Shown piece after piece: positions 39,876-51,134 of a stretch of 64,000 bases of DNA. This DNA comes from an uncultured Nitrospiraceae bacterium. Lineage in GTDB: Bacteria; Nitrospirota; Thermodesulfovibrionia; Thermodesulfovibrionales; Dissulfurispiraceae. The notes below the pieces were generated by a model. It made no database searches and was not told the DNA's origin. It was given only the letters and a program-made list of their open reading frames with translations. The stretch is from assembly GCA_963705105.1 (NCBI GenBank), contig CAVPIW010000011.1, positions 24,080-88,079 on the forward strand, read 5' to 3'. A program made the translations under genes and the position numbers. Numbering within the stretch: position 1 is the stretch's first letter; the number at the start of each line of letters is the position of its first letter.

Positions 39876-41159
39876 ACTCTCTCTGTGAACGATCCGTCCG
39901 CCCACCATCGTCAGAACGGCCACTCCCTTCAGCACCCAGCCCCGGAAGGGGGTGTTCCTGCCCAGTGACGCGAACCGTTCCGGGTCGACGGTGAACTCCC
40001 TCGACGGATCGATAACGGTGATGTCGGCGTCCGCTCCTTCTGCAAGGGTGCCTCCCGGCAGGCCGAGAATCATCGACGGCGCCAGGGACATCCTGTCCAC
40101 GAGTTGTGCCAGGCTGAGGACCCCTTCATCGACAAGGCGCAGGCTCAGCGCCAGGGCCGTTTCGAGACCGGATATCCCCGATGCCGCCTTGTCGAACTCG
40201 ATGTTCTTGTCGTCCCAGTGATGGGGAGCATGATCCGTGGCGATGACGTCGATCGTACCGTCACGGAGGCCTTCCCTGATTGCCGCAACATCGGCCTCTG
40301 TCCGGAGGGGAGGATTGACGCGGGCGTTCGTGTCGTATCCCCCGACGGCCTCTTCGGTGATGGTGAAATAATGGGGGCATGTTTCGGCCGTCACACGGAC
40401 GCCGTCCGCCTTGGCGCGCCTGACGATCTCGACGGACCCCTTCGTGGAAACATGGGCGATGTGCAGACGGCCGCCCGTCAGCCCTGCCAGGAGACAGTCC
40501 CGCGCGACCATCACATCCTCTGCCGCCGCGGGCATGCCCCTCAGTCCGAGGTGCGTCGCCAGGGCGCCCTCGTTCATCACCCCACCCTCGGCAAGTTCGA
40601 CGTCCTCGCAGTGGGAGATGATGGGGGCCGAGAACCGCTTCGCATACTCCAGGGCCCGTCGCATCATGAGGGAGTTCATGACGGGCCTGCCGTCGTCGGA
40701 GAAGGCGACACAGCCCGCTTCGTGCATGAGTCCGATCTCGGCAAGCTCTTTCCCCAGTTGTCCCTTCGTGATCGCCCCGATGGGACGAACGTGGCAGAGG
40801 CCTTCATCGGCGGCCTTCCTGAGGATAAAGGCGGTGACGGTTGGATTGTCATTGGCCGGGTTCGTGTTCGGCATGGGACAGACGACGGTGAAGCCGCCCC
40901 TGACGGCCGCCAAAGTTCCCGTCCTGATTGTTTCCTTGTGCTCATATCCAGGTTCCCGGAGGTGGGTGTGCATGTCGGCGAGACCGGGCATAACGACCAA
41001 CCCTGTGGCATCAATGATGACGGCTGCATCCGGCTGATCGGCATCTCCGGTAATAACGCGGGCGATCTTCCCGTCCCTGACAAGGACGCTCCCGATGCCG
41101 TCAATGCGCCGGGAAGGATCGATGATCCTCCCGTTCCTTATAAGAATCTCTTCATGCAT
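39873..41159 (-). CDS. pyrC: Dihydroorotase
   Basis: [20 protein letters not shown] and ATDHAPH motifs. Confidence 0.96.
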   Translation of the reverse strand: MHEEILIRNGRIIDPSRRIDGIGSVLVRDGKIARVITGDADQPDAAVIIDATGLVVMPGLADMHTHLREPGYEHKETIRTGTLAAVRGGFTVVCPMPNTNPANDNPTVTAFILRKAADEGLCHVRPIGAITKGQLGKELAEIGLMHEAGCVAFSDDGRPVMNSLMMRRALEYAKRFSAPIISHCEDVELAEGGVMNEGALATHLGLRGMPAAAEDVMVARDCLLAGLTGGRLHIAHVSTKGSVEIVRRAKADGVRVTAETCPHYFTITEEAVGGYDTNARVNPPLRTEADVAAIREGLRDGTIDVIATDHAPHHWDDKNIEFDKAASGISGLETALALSLRLVDEGVLSLAQLVDRMSLAPSMILGLPGGTLAEGADADITVIDPSREFTVDPERFASLGRNTPFRGWVLKGVAVLTMVGGRIVHRES

Positions 41160-42072
41160 GGTCTTTCATGCCTCCCAGCAGATAGAGGACGGCCATACGC
41201 GCCGCAAGTCCGTTCGTCACCTGTTCGAGGATGATCGACTGGTCCGAGTCGGCCACATCGGAGCTGATCTCGATGCCCCGGTTCATCGGACCGGGATGCA
41301 TGACGATCGCGTCTTCCCTGGCGAGACGAAGTCTCTCCCTCGTGAGCCCCCAGAAGTGGAAGTATTCCTGGACGGAGGGGAAGAACCCTCCCGACTGGCG
41401 CTCCATCTGGATCCTCAGCATCATGACCACGTCAGCGCCCCTGAGTCCCTCATCCATGTCATAGTATATCTTGACGTTACGTTCCCTGATGTCGGGGACA
41501 AGGGTCGGGGGGCCGATGAGCCGGACCTGCGTGTCGAACTTCGAAAGCAGGTAGACGTTCGATTTTGCCACCCTGCTGTGGTATATGTCGCCGACGATCG
41601 CGACGGTGAGCCCGTCGAGGGTCCCCTTCTTCTCGACAATGCTCAGTGCGTCCAGCAGGGCCTGGGTCGGGTGCTCGTTGATCCCGTCGCCGGCATTAAT
41701 GACAGCGGCGTCGACGTTCCGGGCGATGAAGTGGGGCGCCCCGCTCGATGCATGCCGGATGACGACGAAATCGACACCGTAGGACTCGATGGTCTTGATC
41801 GTGTCATAGAGTGTCTCACCCTTGACGACACTGCTCGTCGAGACGGCGAAATTCAGCACGTCCGTGCTCAGCCTCTTTTCGGCCAGCTCGAAGGACGTCT
41901 TCGTCCTCGTCGAGGGTTCGAAGAAGAGGTTGACCACCGTCTTTCCCCTCAGGGCGGGCACTTTCTTGATGTCCCGCCTGAGGACGTCCTTGAAGGACGA
42001 TGCGGTGCTCAGGATGAGCTCGATGTCTTCCCGGGTCAGGCCCTTGATGCCGGTGAGATCTTTCTGTAACAC
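41152..42072 (-). CDS. pyrB: Aspartate carbamoyltransferase
   Basis: [16 protein letters not shown] and MHPGPMNRG motifs. Confidence 0.97.
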   Translation of the reverse strand: MLQKDLTGIKGLTREDIELILSTASSFKDVLRRDIKKVPALRGKTVVNLFFEPSTRTKTSFELAEKRLSTDVLNFAVSTSSVVKGETLYDTIKTIESYGVDFVVIRHASSGAPHFIARNVDAAVINAGDGINEHPTQALLDALSIVEKKGTLDGLTVAIVGDIYHSRVAKSNVYLLSKFDTQVRLIGPPTLVPDIRERNVKIYYDMDEGLRGADVVMMLRIQMERQSGGFFPSVQEYFHFWGLTRERLRLAREDAIVMHPGPMNRGIEISSDVADSDQSIILEQVTNGLAARMAVLYLLGGMKDHA

Positions 42073-42073
42073 C

Positions 42074-42622
<549 letters not shown>

Positions 42623-42704
42623 TCACCTCACATCTCCTTTTTCGATTGCCGAATAATGACTTACTAATGGGTTCATTGATGGAGCCACGGTCAGCATAAG
42701 ATTC

Positions 42705-42787
42705 TGTCATTCCGGTTTGTCCGGAATCTTTCTCTTTTCAAAAGAATTCCCGGCGCCCCCGCATCAAGTGCGGGGTTGCGGGAATGA
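42705..42787. repeat. REP-like doublet (family C, copy 3)
   Basis: GTCATTCCGGTTTGTCCGGAATC ... ATTCCCG..CCCCGCATCAAGTGCGGGG..CGGGAATGA. Confidence 0.78.
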
Positions 42788-42888
42788 AAAAATTGTGTGG
42801 TGTTACTCCCGACATTCTTAGTAATGACGCAACCGCTCAATGACTCAATAACTCCTTAATGACTCAATGACTTCGTTCCGGTCACATT

Positions 42889-43449
42889 TCACCACCGGGG
42901 ATAACGGTGCCAGTAATAGGGTCTTCCCCAGGGATCGTACCATCCGTAAGGATACCAACCCGGGGAGTAATAATAGTAGGGTGACGCCGCAGGCCCGTAA
43001 TAGGCCCGGTCATCCCAGAGATAGATCTCGACGATGTCAAAGACGGGATAGACGTACTCCATCTCGTCGATCTTTCCGCTTTCCAGGCCGGAAAAGACAC
43101 CCGCAAGAGTAATCTCACGGTCCTTCGTGTAGACGTATGGGTCGAGGATGCCCGTTTTTTTCGGAAATACAGCAAGAAACCTCACATTCGATGCCGCTCC
43201 GTACGTAAAATATCCCCGTTGATTGACGGGGACATAGAGGGCCTCGATCTCGGAACCCTCCCGGGTGAGTGTCGTCTTCAGGATGATCCCGCCGAGGATG
43301 AAAAGCCTGCCCTGATAGGGAGCGGGGTGCTGTTTCATCTCCTGGAAGGGGATGACCCGGGCGCCCTGCTCCATCAGGTCCGGTCGCAGCACCGGGGCAC
43401 AGGAGAGGACGAGAAGGACAAGGGGAATGACGATCAATAATCTCTTCAT
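42889..43449 (-). CDS. Slp-family outer membrane lipoprotein
   Basis: Lipobox LSC, LGGII, RFLA...LDP..Y...REIT.AG and a Tyr/Pro/Trp-rich tail. Confidence 0.88.
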   Translation of the reverse strand: MKRLLIVIPLVLLVLSCAPVLRPDLMEQGARVIPFQEMKQHPAPYQGRLFILGGIILKTTLTREGSEIEALYVPVNQRGYFTYGAASNVRFLAVFPKKTGILDPYVYTKDREITLAGVFSGLESGKIDEMEYVYPVFDIVEIYLWDDRAYYGPAASPYYYYSPGWYPYGWYDPWGRPYYWHRYPRW

Positions 43450-43665
43450 AACCCTGCAGTTGCATGAAAAGGCGGGGCGAAGAGCCTCAAAGGCTTGCTG
43501 AAGGCGACGATGATCATTGTCATCTTCGTGTTTCAGGATTCCTCTCTTTGTGTCATCGACCATTTGCGTATAGTATGTCTTTCGTCTCGATACAGGTGTC
43601 GCCGCAGCAAGGTTTTCGGCACATACCCCCCGCCTTTCCGGGAGTGTATTGCACCGATAAGGATA
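43449..43665 (-). repeat. Modular element E15 (B'' + C module)
   Basis: TAACCCTGCAGTTGCATGAAAAGGCGGGG ... TTGCACCGATAAGGATA; its terminal base overlaps the slp ATG. Confidence 0.88.
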
Positions 43666-43718
43666 ACGTGTGTCCTGACGCGCCAACTTTCTGGAAAGAT
43701 TATATCACATTTCATTTC

Positions 43719-43954
43719 CGCCCGAAATATCTCTACGGCGGGACTTTGCAAACGAGGATGGGGTTTGGTTTCTGAAGCAAAATTCACGGGTAATGTGAAC
43801 TGCGGCGGGAGTCGAAGGCGGAAGCCGCAGCGGGAGCCGCACAGCGCACCTGCGAAGACATCTATTTTCATAACAAAGACATGCACTTGAGAAGAGGTAG
43901 TTTATTTTGCGAAGAAATCATGCCCCATCCTCGTGTCACGTTATTTTGGACACC
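43719..43954. repeat. Family D element (long imperfect inverted arms)
   Basis: 43719-43790 matches 63726-63797 and 43900-43954 matches 63461-63515, both as reverse complements. Confidence 0.82.
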
Positions 43955-43982
43955 AATGATCACATTTTCAATCGCGGGAAGG

Positions 43983-46019
43983 TCACTGCTCTCTCCTGAA
44001 GTAATCGGTGATCTTCTTCAGCAGACTGCCCTTGTCAAGCCCGGCCTGTCCCTCCCCCTCCTCCGCCGCTTCCACAAAGGGCTGCCTTTGCTCCATCATC
44101 ATGTGAAGCTGAAGACGCTCCCTCAACTCGGGCGTATCGATGAAACGGGAGACCTTGTGAAACTGCGTGATGCCCCCGCGGAATCCCTGGTGATGAAGGG
44201 ACAGGAAAAGGCGCTTCTTCGCCCTCGTGACAGCGACGTAAAAGAGCCGGTGCTCCTCTTCGATCTCCTCCTCGGAGTCGAGGGCGAACCCGACGGGCAG
44301 CACACCGTCCATGAGGCCGACGACGAAGACGGCGTCCCATTCGAGCCCCTTCGCAGAGTGGATCGTCGACAGGACCACGGGCTTCTCCTCCTCGGGCGTC
44401 TCCGGTTCCACAGCCCAGATGCCCCTCTCGGGCGGCTCAATGGCAAAGTCCAGGAGAAACTCCTCGATGGAGCGATACCGCATCGAGACCTGTCTCAGCG
44501 TCTCCAGGTCATTCCGCCTGAGGTGCCAGTCGTCGAACTTTTCCCGCAGGAAGGGCTCATAATAGCGCAGGACGATTTCAAACTGCTCACCGACGGGGAT
44601 CGTCTCCCCGTATGCCCCCTTGAGGGCATTTTCGAGCCGGACGATCCCCCGTGAAAACCGCGCGCCTTTCCTGTATTTCCCGAAGACCGCCGTGAAAACC
44701 TCTTCCAGGGACCGGCAATCCATGATCTCTCCGAGGATCCGCTCCGTGATCCGGGGACCCACGCCGTCGAGGAGCATGAGGGCCCTGTTCCAGGAGAGCT
44801 CGTCACGGGGATTGTCGATGACCTTCAGGTGCGCCATCACGTCCTTCACGTGGGCCGTCTCGTAGAATTTGAGCCCCCCGAAGGTGATGTAGGGGATGTT
44901 TCTCCTGCTCAGCTCCGCCTGAAGAGGAATGGAGATGAAGGAGGATCGGAAGAGCACCGCCTGGTGATGCAGCGGCATGCCTTCGTCCATCTGCCGCTTG
45001 ATCATGCCGGCCACCCAGTCCGCCTCCTCGTAGGCGTCCTTGAAGTGCAGGAGCTGCGGCATGACGCCCTCCTCTCCCTTCGCCGCAACGAGGCACTTCG
45101 AGTACCTGTTCGTCATCCCTTCCAGCACCGTATTCGCCACGTTGAGAATCGCCTGGGTGCTGCGGTAGTTCTCGGCAAGCGTGATGACCTTGCATTCGGG
45201 AAACCTCTTGGGGAAGTCCATGATGTTCTCGTGGGAGGCCCCGCGGAACCCGTAGATACTCTGTGCGTCGTCGCCGACGGCCATCACGTTGCGATGGCTC
45301 TCGCCGAGGAGGTAGGTGATGTCGCCCTGGAGGGCGTTCGTGTCCTGGTACTCGTCGACCATGATGTAGTGATACTTCCGCGAGAGCAGGTCCCTCACAT
45401 CGTCGTTTTCGAGCAGGATCCGCAGGAGCAGGAGCAGATCATCGTAATCGAGGTAGTTCTTTGCGATCTTGTATTCCGTGTACCGCTCCCTGATATCCTC
45501 GATCACCGCGGCGTATTCGAGGAAGTGGGGGTAGTCCCTCTTGAGCACCTCGCCGATCGTCATGTTCCGGTTGATGGACATGCTGATGATGCCCTTGAGT
45601 GTGTCCTTTTTGGGAAAGCGCTTCTCCTTGTCGAAAACTCCGAGCCTGGACGAGCAGATATGGACCGCCTCCTCGGCATCCCCTTCGTCGAGGACCGAGA
45701 AGACCGTCGGCAGGCCGATGAAGTTCGCATATCTCTTCAGGGTCCTGTAAGCGAAGGAGTGGAATGTGCCCCCCTCGACATCCTTGCACCGGGGATCGTG
45801 CCGCGCCGCCCGCTCGAGCATCTCCCGGGCCGCCCTCCGCGTGAACGTGAGGAGAAGGATCGTGCCGGGGATGATGCCCTGCTGCACGAGGTGGAAGACA
45901 CGGTATTCGATCACCCGCGTCTTGCCCGATCCGGCGCCGGCGATCACGAGGAGGGGACCGTCGACGGTCGTCACGGCTTCATACTGTGCGGCGTTGAGCC
46001 TCTTATGGAGATCGGTCAT
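43983..46019 (-). CDS. UvrD/Rep-family ATP-dependent helicase (intact motifs)
   Basis: AGAGSGKT, TFTRRAA, VDEYQD, GDDAQSIYGFRGA and TIHSAKGLEW. Confidence 0.94.
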   Translation of the reverse strand: MTDLHKRLNAAQYEAVTTVDGPLLVIAGAGSGKTRVIEYRVFHLVQQGIIPGTILLLTFTRRAAREMLERAARHDPRCKDVEGGTFHSFAYRTLKRYANFIGLPTVFSVLDEGDAEEAVHICSSRLGVFDKEKRFPKKDTLKGIISMSINRNMTIGEVLKRDYPHFLEYAAVIEDIRERYTEYKIAKNYLDYDDLLLLLRILLENDDVRDLLSRKYHYIMVDEYQDTNALQGDITYLLGESHRNVMAVGDDAQSIYGFRGASHENIMDFPKRFPECKVITLAENYRSTQAILNVANTVLEGMTNRYSKCLVAAKGEEGVMPQLLHFKDAYEEADWVAGMIKRQMDEGMPLHHQAVLFRSSFISIPLQAELSRRNIPYITFGGLKFYETAHVKDVMAHLKVIDNPRDELSWNRALMLLDGVGPRITERILGEIMDCRSLEEVFTAVFGKYRKGARFSRGIVRLENALKGAYGETIPVGEQFEIVLRYYEPFLREKFDDWHLRRNDLETLRQVSMRYRSIEEFLLDFAIEPPERGIWAVEPETPEEEKPVVLSTIHSAKGLEWDAVFVVGLMDGVLPVGFALDSEEEIEEEHRLFYVAVTRAKKRLFLSLHHQGFRGGITQFHKVSRFIDTPELRERLQLHMMMEQRQPFVEAAEEGEGQAGLDKGSLLKKITDYFRREQ

Positions 46020-46127
46020 GCCTGAATGTCACGATTGGTTTATCATAGGGATGACTCTCAAGATTATACCAGATCGACCCGGATCTTCCCCGGCGTCCAT
46101 CCCGCCATTCACATCCGTGAGCAGGAA

Positions 46128-46312
46128 TCCCATCGTTGCATACGGCAGATCGAAAGGCGGGGAGAATGCGCCGAAAACCTTGATGCGGCGACACCATAAC
46201 CGTTACGGAAGACAGCGTTTCAAGCCGATGGCCGAAAAGTGAGCCTTTTTACTGACACTGACACTCACACTGACACTGTTTTTCAGAGCGCTTTGCCCCG
46301 CCTTTTCATGCA
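46128..46312 (+). repeat. Modular element E16 (B + hexamer module)
   Basis: ATCGTTGCATACG..GAAAGGCGGGG ... GCCCCGCCTTTTCATGCA. Confidence 0.87.
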
Positions 46313-46366
46313 TCACCAGGAGGTGAATTTGCCCGCCCCGCCCTTCCTGTTCTATACTTTCCCGGT

Positions 46367-46765
46367 ATGTCCCACACCATCCAAATCAAGGTCTACTATG
46401 AAGACACCGACGCGGGAGGCGTCGTCTACTACGGCAACTACCTTCGTTTTCTTGAAAGAGCCCGGACGGAGCTCCTTCTCGAGCACGGCGTCCATGTCGC
46501 AGATTACCACAATAAGGGCATCTACTTCGTCATAGCCCATGTCGATATCACCTACCGGAAACCGGCACGCCTCGGTGAAATCGTCGATGTGACCACCGCC
46601 GTCAAGGAGGTCCGGAACGCCTCAATGATCCTTCACCAAACCGTCACGCGCGACCGAACTCTCCTCGCCGAGGCCGACGTGACCATAGCCTGTGTCGACC
46701 AGAGGGGAAAGCCGATCCGCCTGCCCGAAGGGTTGAGAAATCTACCGGGAGAGACGGCGGGATGA
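46367..46765 (+). CDS. YbgC-like acyl-CoA thioesterase
   Basis: VYYEDTDAGGVVYYGNYL.F.ERARTE. Confidence 0.92.
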   Translation: MSHTIQIKVYYEDTDAGGVVYYGNYLRFLERARTELLLEHGVHVADYHNKGIYFVIAHVDITYRKPARLGEIVDVTTAVKEVRNASMILHQTVTRDRTLLAEADVTIACVDQRGKPIRLPEGLRNLPGETAG

Positions 46766-46806
46766 TATGCGGGTGTGTGGCGGATAAGAAAGACTGCGAT
46801 GACGGA

Positions 46807-47364
46807 CTATCCGAAGAGCCGTTCCAGAGAGACGCCGAAGCCCTGGAGAACGGCTGAGCTGATTTCGCCCTCAGTTCGCCTGGACGCGGCGAGTTCGAAC
46901 CGTGATTCCTTGTTGACGTAAATCTCGATGCTTTTCTGGATAGGATCAACAATCCAGTATTCCCTGACTCCTGACTGTTCATAGACGTCTTTCTTTGTCC
47001 TAAGGTCATAGTAAGCGTTTGCGGGGGAAAGGATCTCGATCACAAGGTCGGGCGCTCCTTCTATCTTTTTCTCTCCGATGATCGAAAGCCTCTCCTTCGC
47101 GATGAAGATGATATCCGGCTGAAAGGTGTTGGTCTCGGAGAGATGCACATCGATCGGCGCGCTGAGGACCAAACCTGCATCTCTTTCTCTTGCAAATGTC
47201 ATCAATTCATACATGATCCGGGATAGAATGATCTGATGAAACGGCGCGGGCGACGGGGTCATCACAAGTTCCCCTTCGATGAGCTCATAAGGTGCGCCCT
47301 CAGGCAGGGCGTCATAGTCCTTGTATGTAAATATTTTTTTCTGTTTCTCTGCGGCTATTGCCAT
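46807..47364 (-). CDS. Uma2 family endonuclease
   Basis: YELIEG, QPDI.F, GAPDLVIEILSP and K..YE..GVREYWIVDP. Confidence 0.93.
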   Translation of the reverse strand: MAIAAEKQKKIFTYKDYDALPEGAPYELIEGELVMTPSPAPFHQIILSRIMYELMTFARERDAGLVLSAPIDVHLSETNTFQPDIIFIAKERLSIIGEKKIEGAPDLVIEILSPANAYYDLRTKKDVYEQSGVREYWIVDPIQKSIEIYVNKESRFELAASRRTEGEISSAVLQGFGVSLERLFG

Positions 47365-47511
47365 GGCTCTTTCCCTGCAACCCCGTCTTTCCCTAATTAT
47401 AGGGCTTGCGCTCCCCCATTGCAAGCGACGCCTGAAACCTTGTCAATCCTTTTTTGCGAACGCTATAATACGTGATTATCGCATATGTCAGAATAATTCT
47501 CAGGAGGATTC

Positions 47512-48771
47512 ATGACCATCACGGAAAAAATACTGGCGGTCCATTGCGGGAAGGAGGCGGTTGCGCCGGGCGAGCTGATCAACGCCAGGGTCGACCTCAT
47601 CCTCGCCAATGACATCACCGCCCCCATAGCGATACAGGAATTCAGGAAGATCGGCGCAAAGGACGTCTTTGACAGGGAGCGCATCGCCTTCATCCCCGAC
47701 CACTTCACCCCCCAGAAGGACATCAAGGCCGCCGAACAGTGCAAAATGTTGCGGGAGTTCTCCCATGAATACCATCTGGGACTCTACTTCGAGGTCGGCA
47801 GGATGGGGATCGAACACGCCCTCCTGCCCGAACAGGGACTCGTCGTGCCCGGCGACCTCGTCATCGGCGCCGACAGCCACACCTGCACCTACGGAGCGCT
47901 CGGCGCCTTCGCGACGGGCGTCGGTTCGACGGACGTGGCCTCCGCCATGGCCACAGGCGAGTGCTGGTTCAAGGTGCCCGAATCGATGAAGTTCATCTAT
48001 TACGGCAAGCTGAACAAATGGGTGGGCGGCAAAGACCTCATCCTCCACACGATCGGCGACATCGGCGTCGACGGCGCCCTTTACATGGCCATGGAATTCG
48101 AGGGGGAGGCGATCAGGGAGCTCTCCATGGCCGGCAGGCTGACCATGTGCAACATGGCGATCGAAGCGGGCGGCAAGTCCGGTATCATCGTTCCCGACGT
48201 GGTCACCGAGGAGTATGTCAGGGACAGGGCGAAAAGACCCTATATTTTTTATGCATCGAACGGAACGGGTTCCTACAGTGAGGTCAGGGAGTACGACTGC
48301 TCGAAGATCCTCCCGACCGTCTCGTGCCCTCACCTGCCGTCAAACACAAAACCGGCTGCGGAGCTCTCGCACGTCGTGATCGACCAGGTCGTCGTCGGCT
48401 CCTGCACGAACGGCCGTCTCGAAGACCTCCGTGAGGCCGCTGCAGTGATCAAAGGCAGAAAAGTGCATCCCAATGTCCGGATGATCGTCTTCCCTGCGAC
48501 GCAGCAGATCTTCAAGGATGCGATGAAGGAAGGACTCATCGAGACCTTCATCGATGCGGGCGCGGTCTTCTCAACGCCCACCTGCGGACCCTGCCTGGGC
48601 GGCCACATGGGCATCCTTGCCAAAGGGGAGAGGGCGATCGCGACGACGAACCGGAACTTCGTGGGGCGCATGGGGCACCCCGAGAGCGAAGTCTACCTGT
48701 CGAATCCCGCCGTCGCGGCGGCTTCCGCGGTTCTCGGAAGGATCGGGACCCCTGAGGAGCTGGGCATTTAA
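47512..48771 (+). CDS. leuC: 3-isopropylmalate dehydratase large subunit (LeuC/HacA type)
   Basis: [23 protein letters not shown] and TNRNF.GRMG motifs. Confidence 0.93.
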   Translation: MTITEKILAVHCGKEAVAPGELINARVDLILANDITAPIAIQEFRKIGAKDVFDRERIAFIPDHFTPQKDIKAAEQCKMLREFSHEYHLGLYFEVGRMGIEHALLPEQGLVVPGDLVIGADSHTCTYGALGAFATGVGSTDVASAMATGECWFKVPESMKFIYYGKLNKWVGGKDLILHTIGDIGVDGALYMAMEFEGEAIRELSMAGRLTMCNMAIEAGGKSGIIVPDVVTEEYVRDRAKRPYIFYASNGTGSYSEVREYDCSKILPTVSCPHLPSNTKPAAELSHVVIDQVVVGSCTNGRLEDLREAAAVIKGRKVHPNVRMIVFPATQQIFKDAMKEGLIETFIDAGAVFSTPTCGPCLGGHMGILAKGERAIATTNRNFVGRMGHPESEVYLSNPAVAAASAVLGRIGTPEELGI

Positions 48772-48791
48772 ATATCCTGAGGTTGAAAACC

Positions 48792-49043
48792 ATGCTGACA
48801 GAATACATTGATGAAGCACTCCGTCAGGCGCATTACGAAATAATCAATGACGAAGAGCCATACTACGGTGAAGTAAAAGCCCTCAAGGGTGTCTGGGCAA
48901 CGGGAAGGTCCCTGGAAGAGTGCCGACAAAATCTCAAAGACGTTATCGAGGGATGGATACTTGTCAGCATCAAAAAGGGCCTGCCCATTCCTGCGCTTGG
49001 AGAATGCGAGATCAAAGAGGCGCTCGAAGAAATTGTGATGTAA
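48792..49043 (+). CDS. hicB: HicB-family antitoxin
   Basis: MLTEYI..AL..A.YE, G.WATG.SLEEC..NL..VIEGW and GLPIP. Confidence 0.88.
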   Translation: MLTEYIDEALRQAHYEIINDEEPYYGEVKALKGVWATGRSLEECRQNLKDVIEGWILVSIKKGLPIPALGECEIKEALEEIVM

Positions 49044-49265
49044 ATGGCCGGATTGCGCCCTTTGTCGCGTTCTCAACTCATTGCCCGCTTGAAAGAATTC
49101 GGCTTTCAGGGTCCTTTCACGGGAGGCAGGCATGCTTATATGATCAAAGGCGATATTCGTTTGACCATCCCGAATCCTCATAGACATGATATAGGCGCCG
49201 ATCTTCTCACAAGACTGCTGAAGCAGGCAGGTATCGAGAAAGAGGCCTGGCTGAGAAAGGACTGA
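49044..49265 (+). CDS. hicA: HicA-family toxin
   Basis: L...GF.GP..GGRH..M, TIPNPH..DI and LLKQAGI. Confidence 0.88.
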   Translation: MAGLRPLSRSQLIARLKEFGFQGPFTGGRHAYMIKGDIRLTIPNPHRHDIGADLLTRLLKQAGIEKEAWLRKD

Positions 49266-49267
49266 GA

Positions 49268-49726
49268 TTGAATATTAAAAAGAGACTGAATGAGTTGGGC
49301 ATCACATTGCAGGAGGGGCCGAAACCTCTCGGTTCTTATGTACCCTGTGTGCAGACGGGCAACCTGCTTTTTCTGAGCGGGATTCTGCCCCTGCGGGAGG
49401 GGAAGCTGACGAGGACCGGCAGGGTCGGTGAGTCCGTGACCCTCGAAGAGGCGCAGGACGAGGCGAGGCAGATCGTCGTGAACGCCCTCTCCGTCCTGAA
49501 GGGCCATCTCGGGGCCCTGAACCGCATCAGCCGGTGCGTGAAGCTGAACGGGTTCGTCGCCTCGGCTCCGTCGTTCTACGACCAACCGAAGGTCCTCAAT
49601 GCGGCATCGGACCTGCTCTTTGAGATCTTCGGCGAAGCGGGACGGCATACGAGGGCCGCTGTCGGCGTCGCCGTGCTCCCCCTGAATGCGGCCGTCGAGA
49701 TCGACTTCATCTTCGAGATCGACTAA
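49268..49726 (+). CDS. RidA/YjgF family protein
   Basis: YVP..QTGNLLFLSG, NAASDLL and GRHTRAAVGV..LP. Confidence 0.92.
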   Translation: MNIKKRLNELGITLQEGPKPLGSYVPCVQTGNLLFLSGILPLREGKLTRTGRVGESVTLEEAQDEARQIVVNALSVLKGHLGALNRISRCVKLNGFVASAPSFYDQPKVLNAASDLLFEIFGEAGRHTRAAVGVAVLPLNAAVEIDFIFEID

Positions 49727-50040
49727 CCCGCAGTTGCTGAAAAGGCGGGACAAAGTGCCTCGAAGCCTTGCTTATCGTGACGCTCCTCCGGGAAGGCAGA
49801 TATGGTTCAAAGCCTTTCCAATGCGATGATGAGACATGTCAGGTGTTCAGCGCCTGTTGCCTGACGGGCGCTTGGCATCAACAGACACAGCAAAGGGTGG
49901 TCTGGTGATAAATGAGGTATCTTAGCGGAAAGGCTTTTCACCACATCAACCTCCCCGTCGTGCTTTTGTAGTCTGATTCTGTCTATTGTCTATTGTTTAC
50001 TGTTTACTGTTCTATGGCATCTTCGCCCCGCCTTTCCGTT
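49724..50040 (-). repeat. Modular element E17 (module A reverse-complemented at 49790-49956)
   Basis: Starts at the ridA TAA (TAACCCGCAGTTGCTGAAAAGGCGGG); heptamer tract at 49980-50012. Confidence 0.88.
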
Positions 50041-50079
50041 AATTGTATTAACCCGTAACTTGTAACGCGCAACGTATCC

Positions 50080-51108
50080 ATGAAAGTCGCAAAACTCTAT
50101 TCCTTTACCGACATCAGGATCGAGGAGATGCCTGTCCCCACCATCGGACCCGGCGATGCACTGCTGAAGACGGCGGCCTGCGGCATCTGTTCGGGCGATG
50201 TCATGCCGTGGTATATCGAGAAGAAGGCTCCTGTTGTCATCGGGCACGAGCCTGCCGGGACCATCGTCGACATCGGCACTGACGTCGCCCACCTGTTCGG
50301 CAAGGGTGACCGCGTCTTTGTCCATCACCACGCGCCGTGCATGAGCTGCCTTTGCTGCGAAAGAGGGGATCATGTGCAATGCGAAACCTGGCGGAAGACC
50401 TCACTTTTCCCGGGCGGCATTGCAGAATACGTCCTCATCCCGGAAAGGAACCTCAGGAACGACACGCTCCTGCTGCCCCCCGGCGTCAGCTTCGAAGACG
50501 GCACCCTTGTCGAGCCACTGGCCTGCGTTGTCAAATCCCTCCGGAGGGCCCGCATCAGGAAAGGAGACACGGTGCTCGTCATCGGCCTCGGTGTCATGGG
50601 GCAAATGCACATCCTCCTGTGCCGCGAATTCGGCGCAGGCCGGGTGATCGGGGCGGACCTCATCCACTACCGTCTTGAAAAGGCCCTCCGCTTCGGCGCC
50701 GACGAGGTCATCAATGTTTCTCAACAGGAACTGGCGGAAGGGGTCGGAAACCTAACGAATGGCGCCATGGCGGATATCGTCATCGTCGGCCCGAACAGTG
50801 CCGACGTCATGTCCCAGGGAATCCGCTGCGTTGCAGGAGGAGGAACCGTCGTCCTCTTCACGCCCGCCAGACCGGGTGAACTGCTGCAGATCGACCCGAA
50901 CGACCTCTATTTCCGCGATGTGTCGATCATCACGAGCTATTCCTGCGGTCCCGATGACACGACGCAGGCCCTGAGTTTCATCGGGAAGGGCGTTGTCACG
51001 GCAGAGAAGCTCGTCACGCACCGCTTTCCGATCGGGGAGACGGAAAAAGCCTATCGTCTCACTGCCGAGGCGGGAGAATCCCTCAAGAGCCTGATCGTTT
51101 TCCCCTGA
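50080..51108 (+). CDS. Zinc-dependent alcohol dehydrogenase (MDR family)
   Basis: GICSGD, GHE, C-x2-C-x2-C-x7-C and GLGVMG. Confidence 0.92.
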   Translation: MKVAKLYSFTDIRIEEMPVPTIGPGDALLKTAACGICSGDVMPWYIEKKAPVVIGHEPAGTIVDIGTDVAHLFGKGDRVFVHHHAPCMSCLCCERGDHVQCETWRKTSLFPGGIAEYVLIPERNLRNDTLLLPPGVSFEDGTLVEPLACVVKSLRRARIRKGDTVLVIGLGVMGQMHILLCREFGAGRVIGADLIHYRLEKALRFGADEVINVSQQELAEGVGNLTNGAMADIVIVGPNSADVMSQGIRCVAGGGTVVLFTPARPGELLQIDPNDLYFRDVSIITSYSCGPDDTTQALSFIGKGVVTAEKLVTHRFPIGETEKAYRLTAEAGESLKSLIVFP

Positions 51109-51134
51109 ATCCCTTCCATCCGGTATAATTGAGA

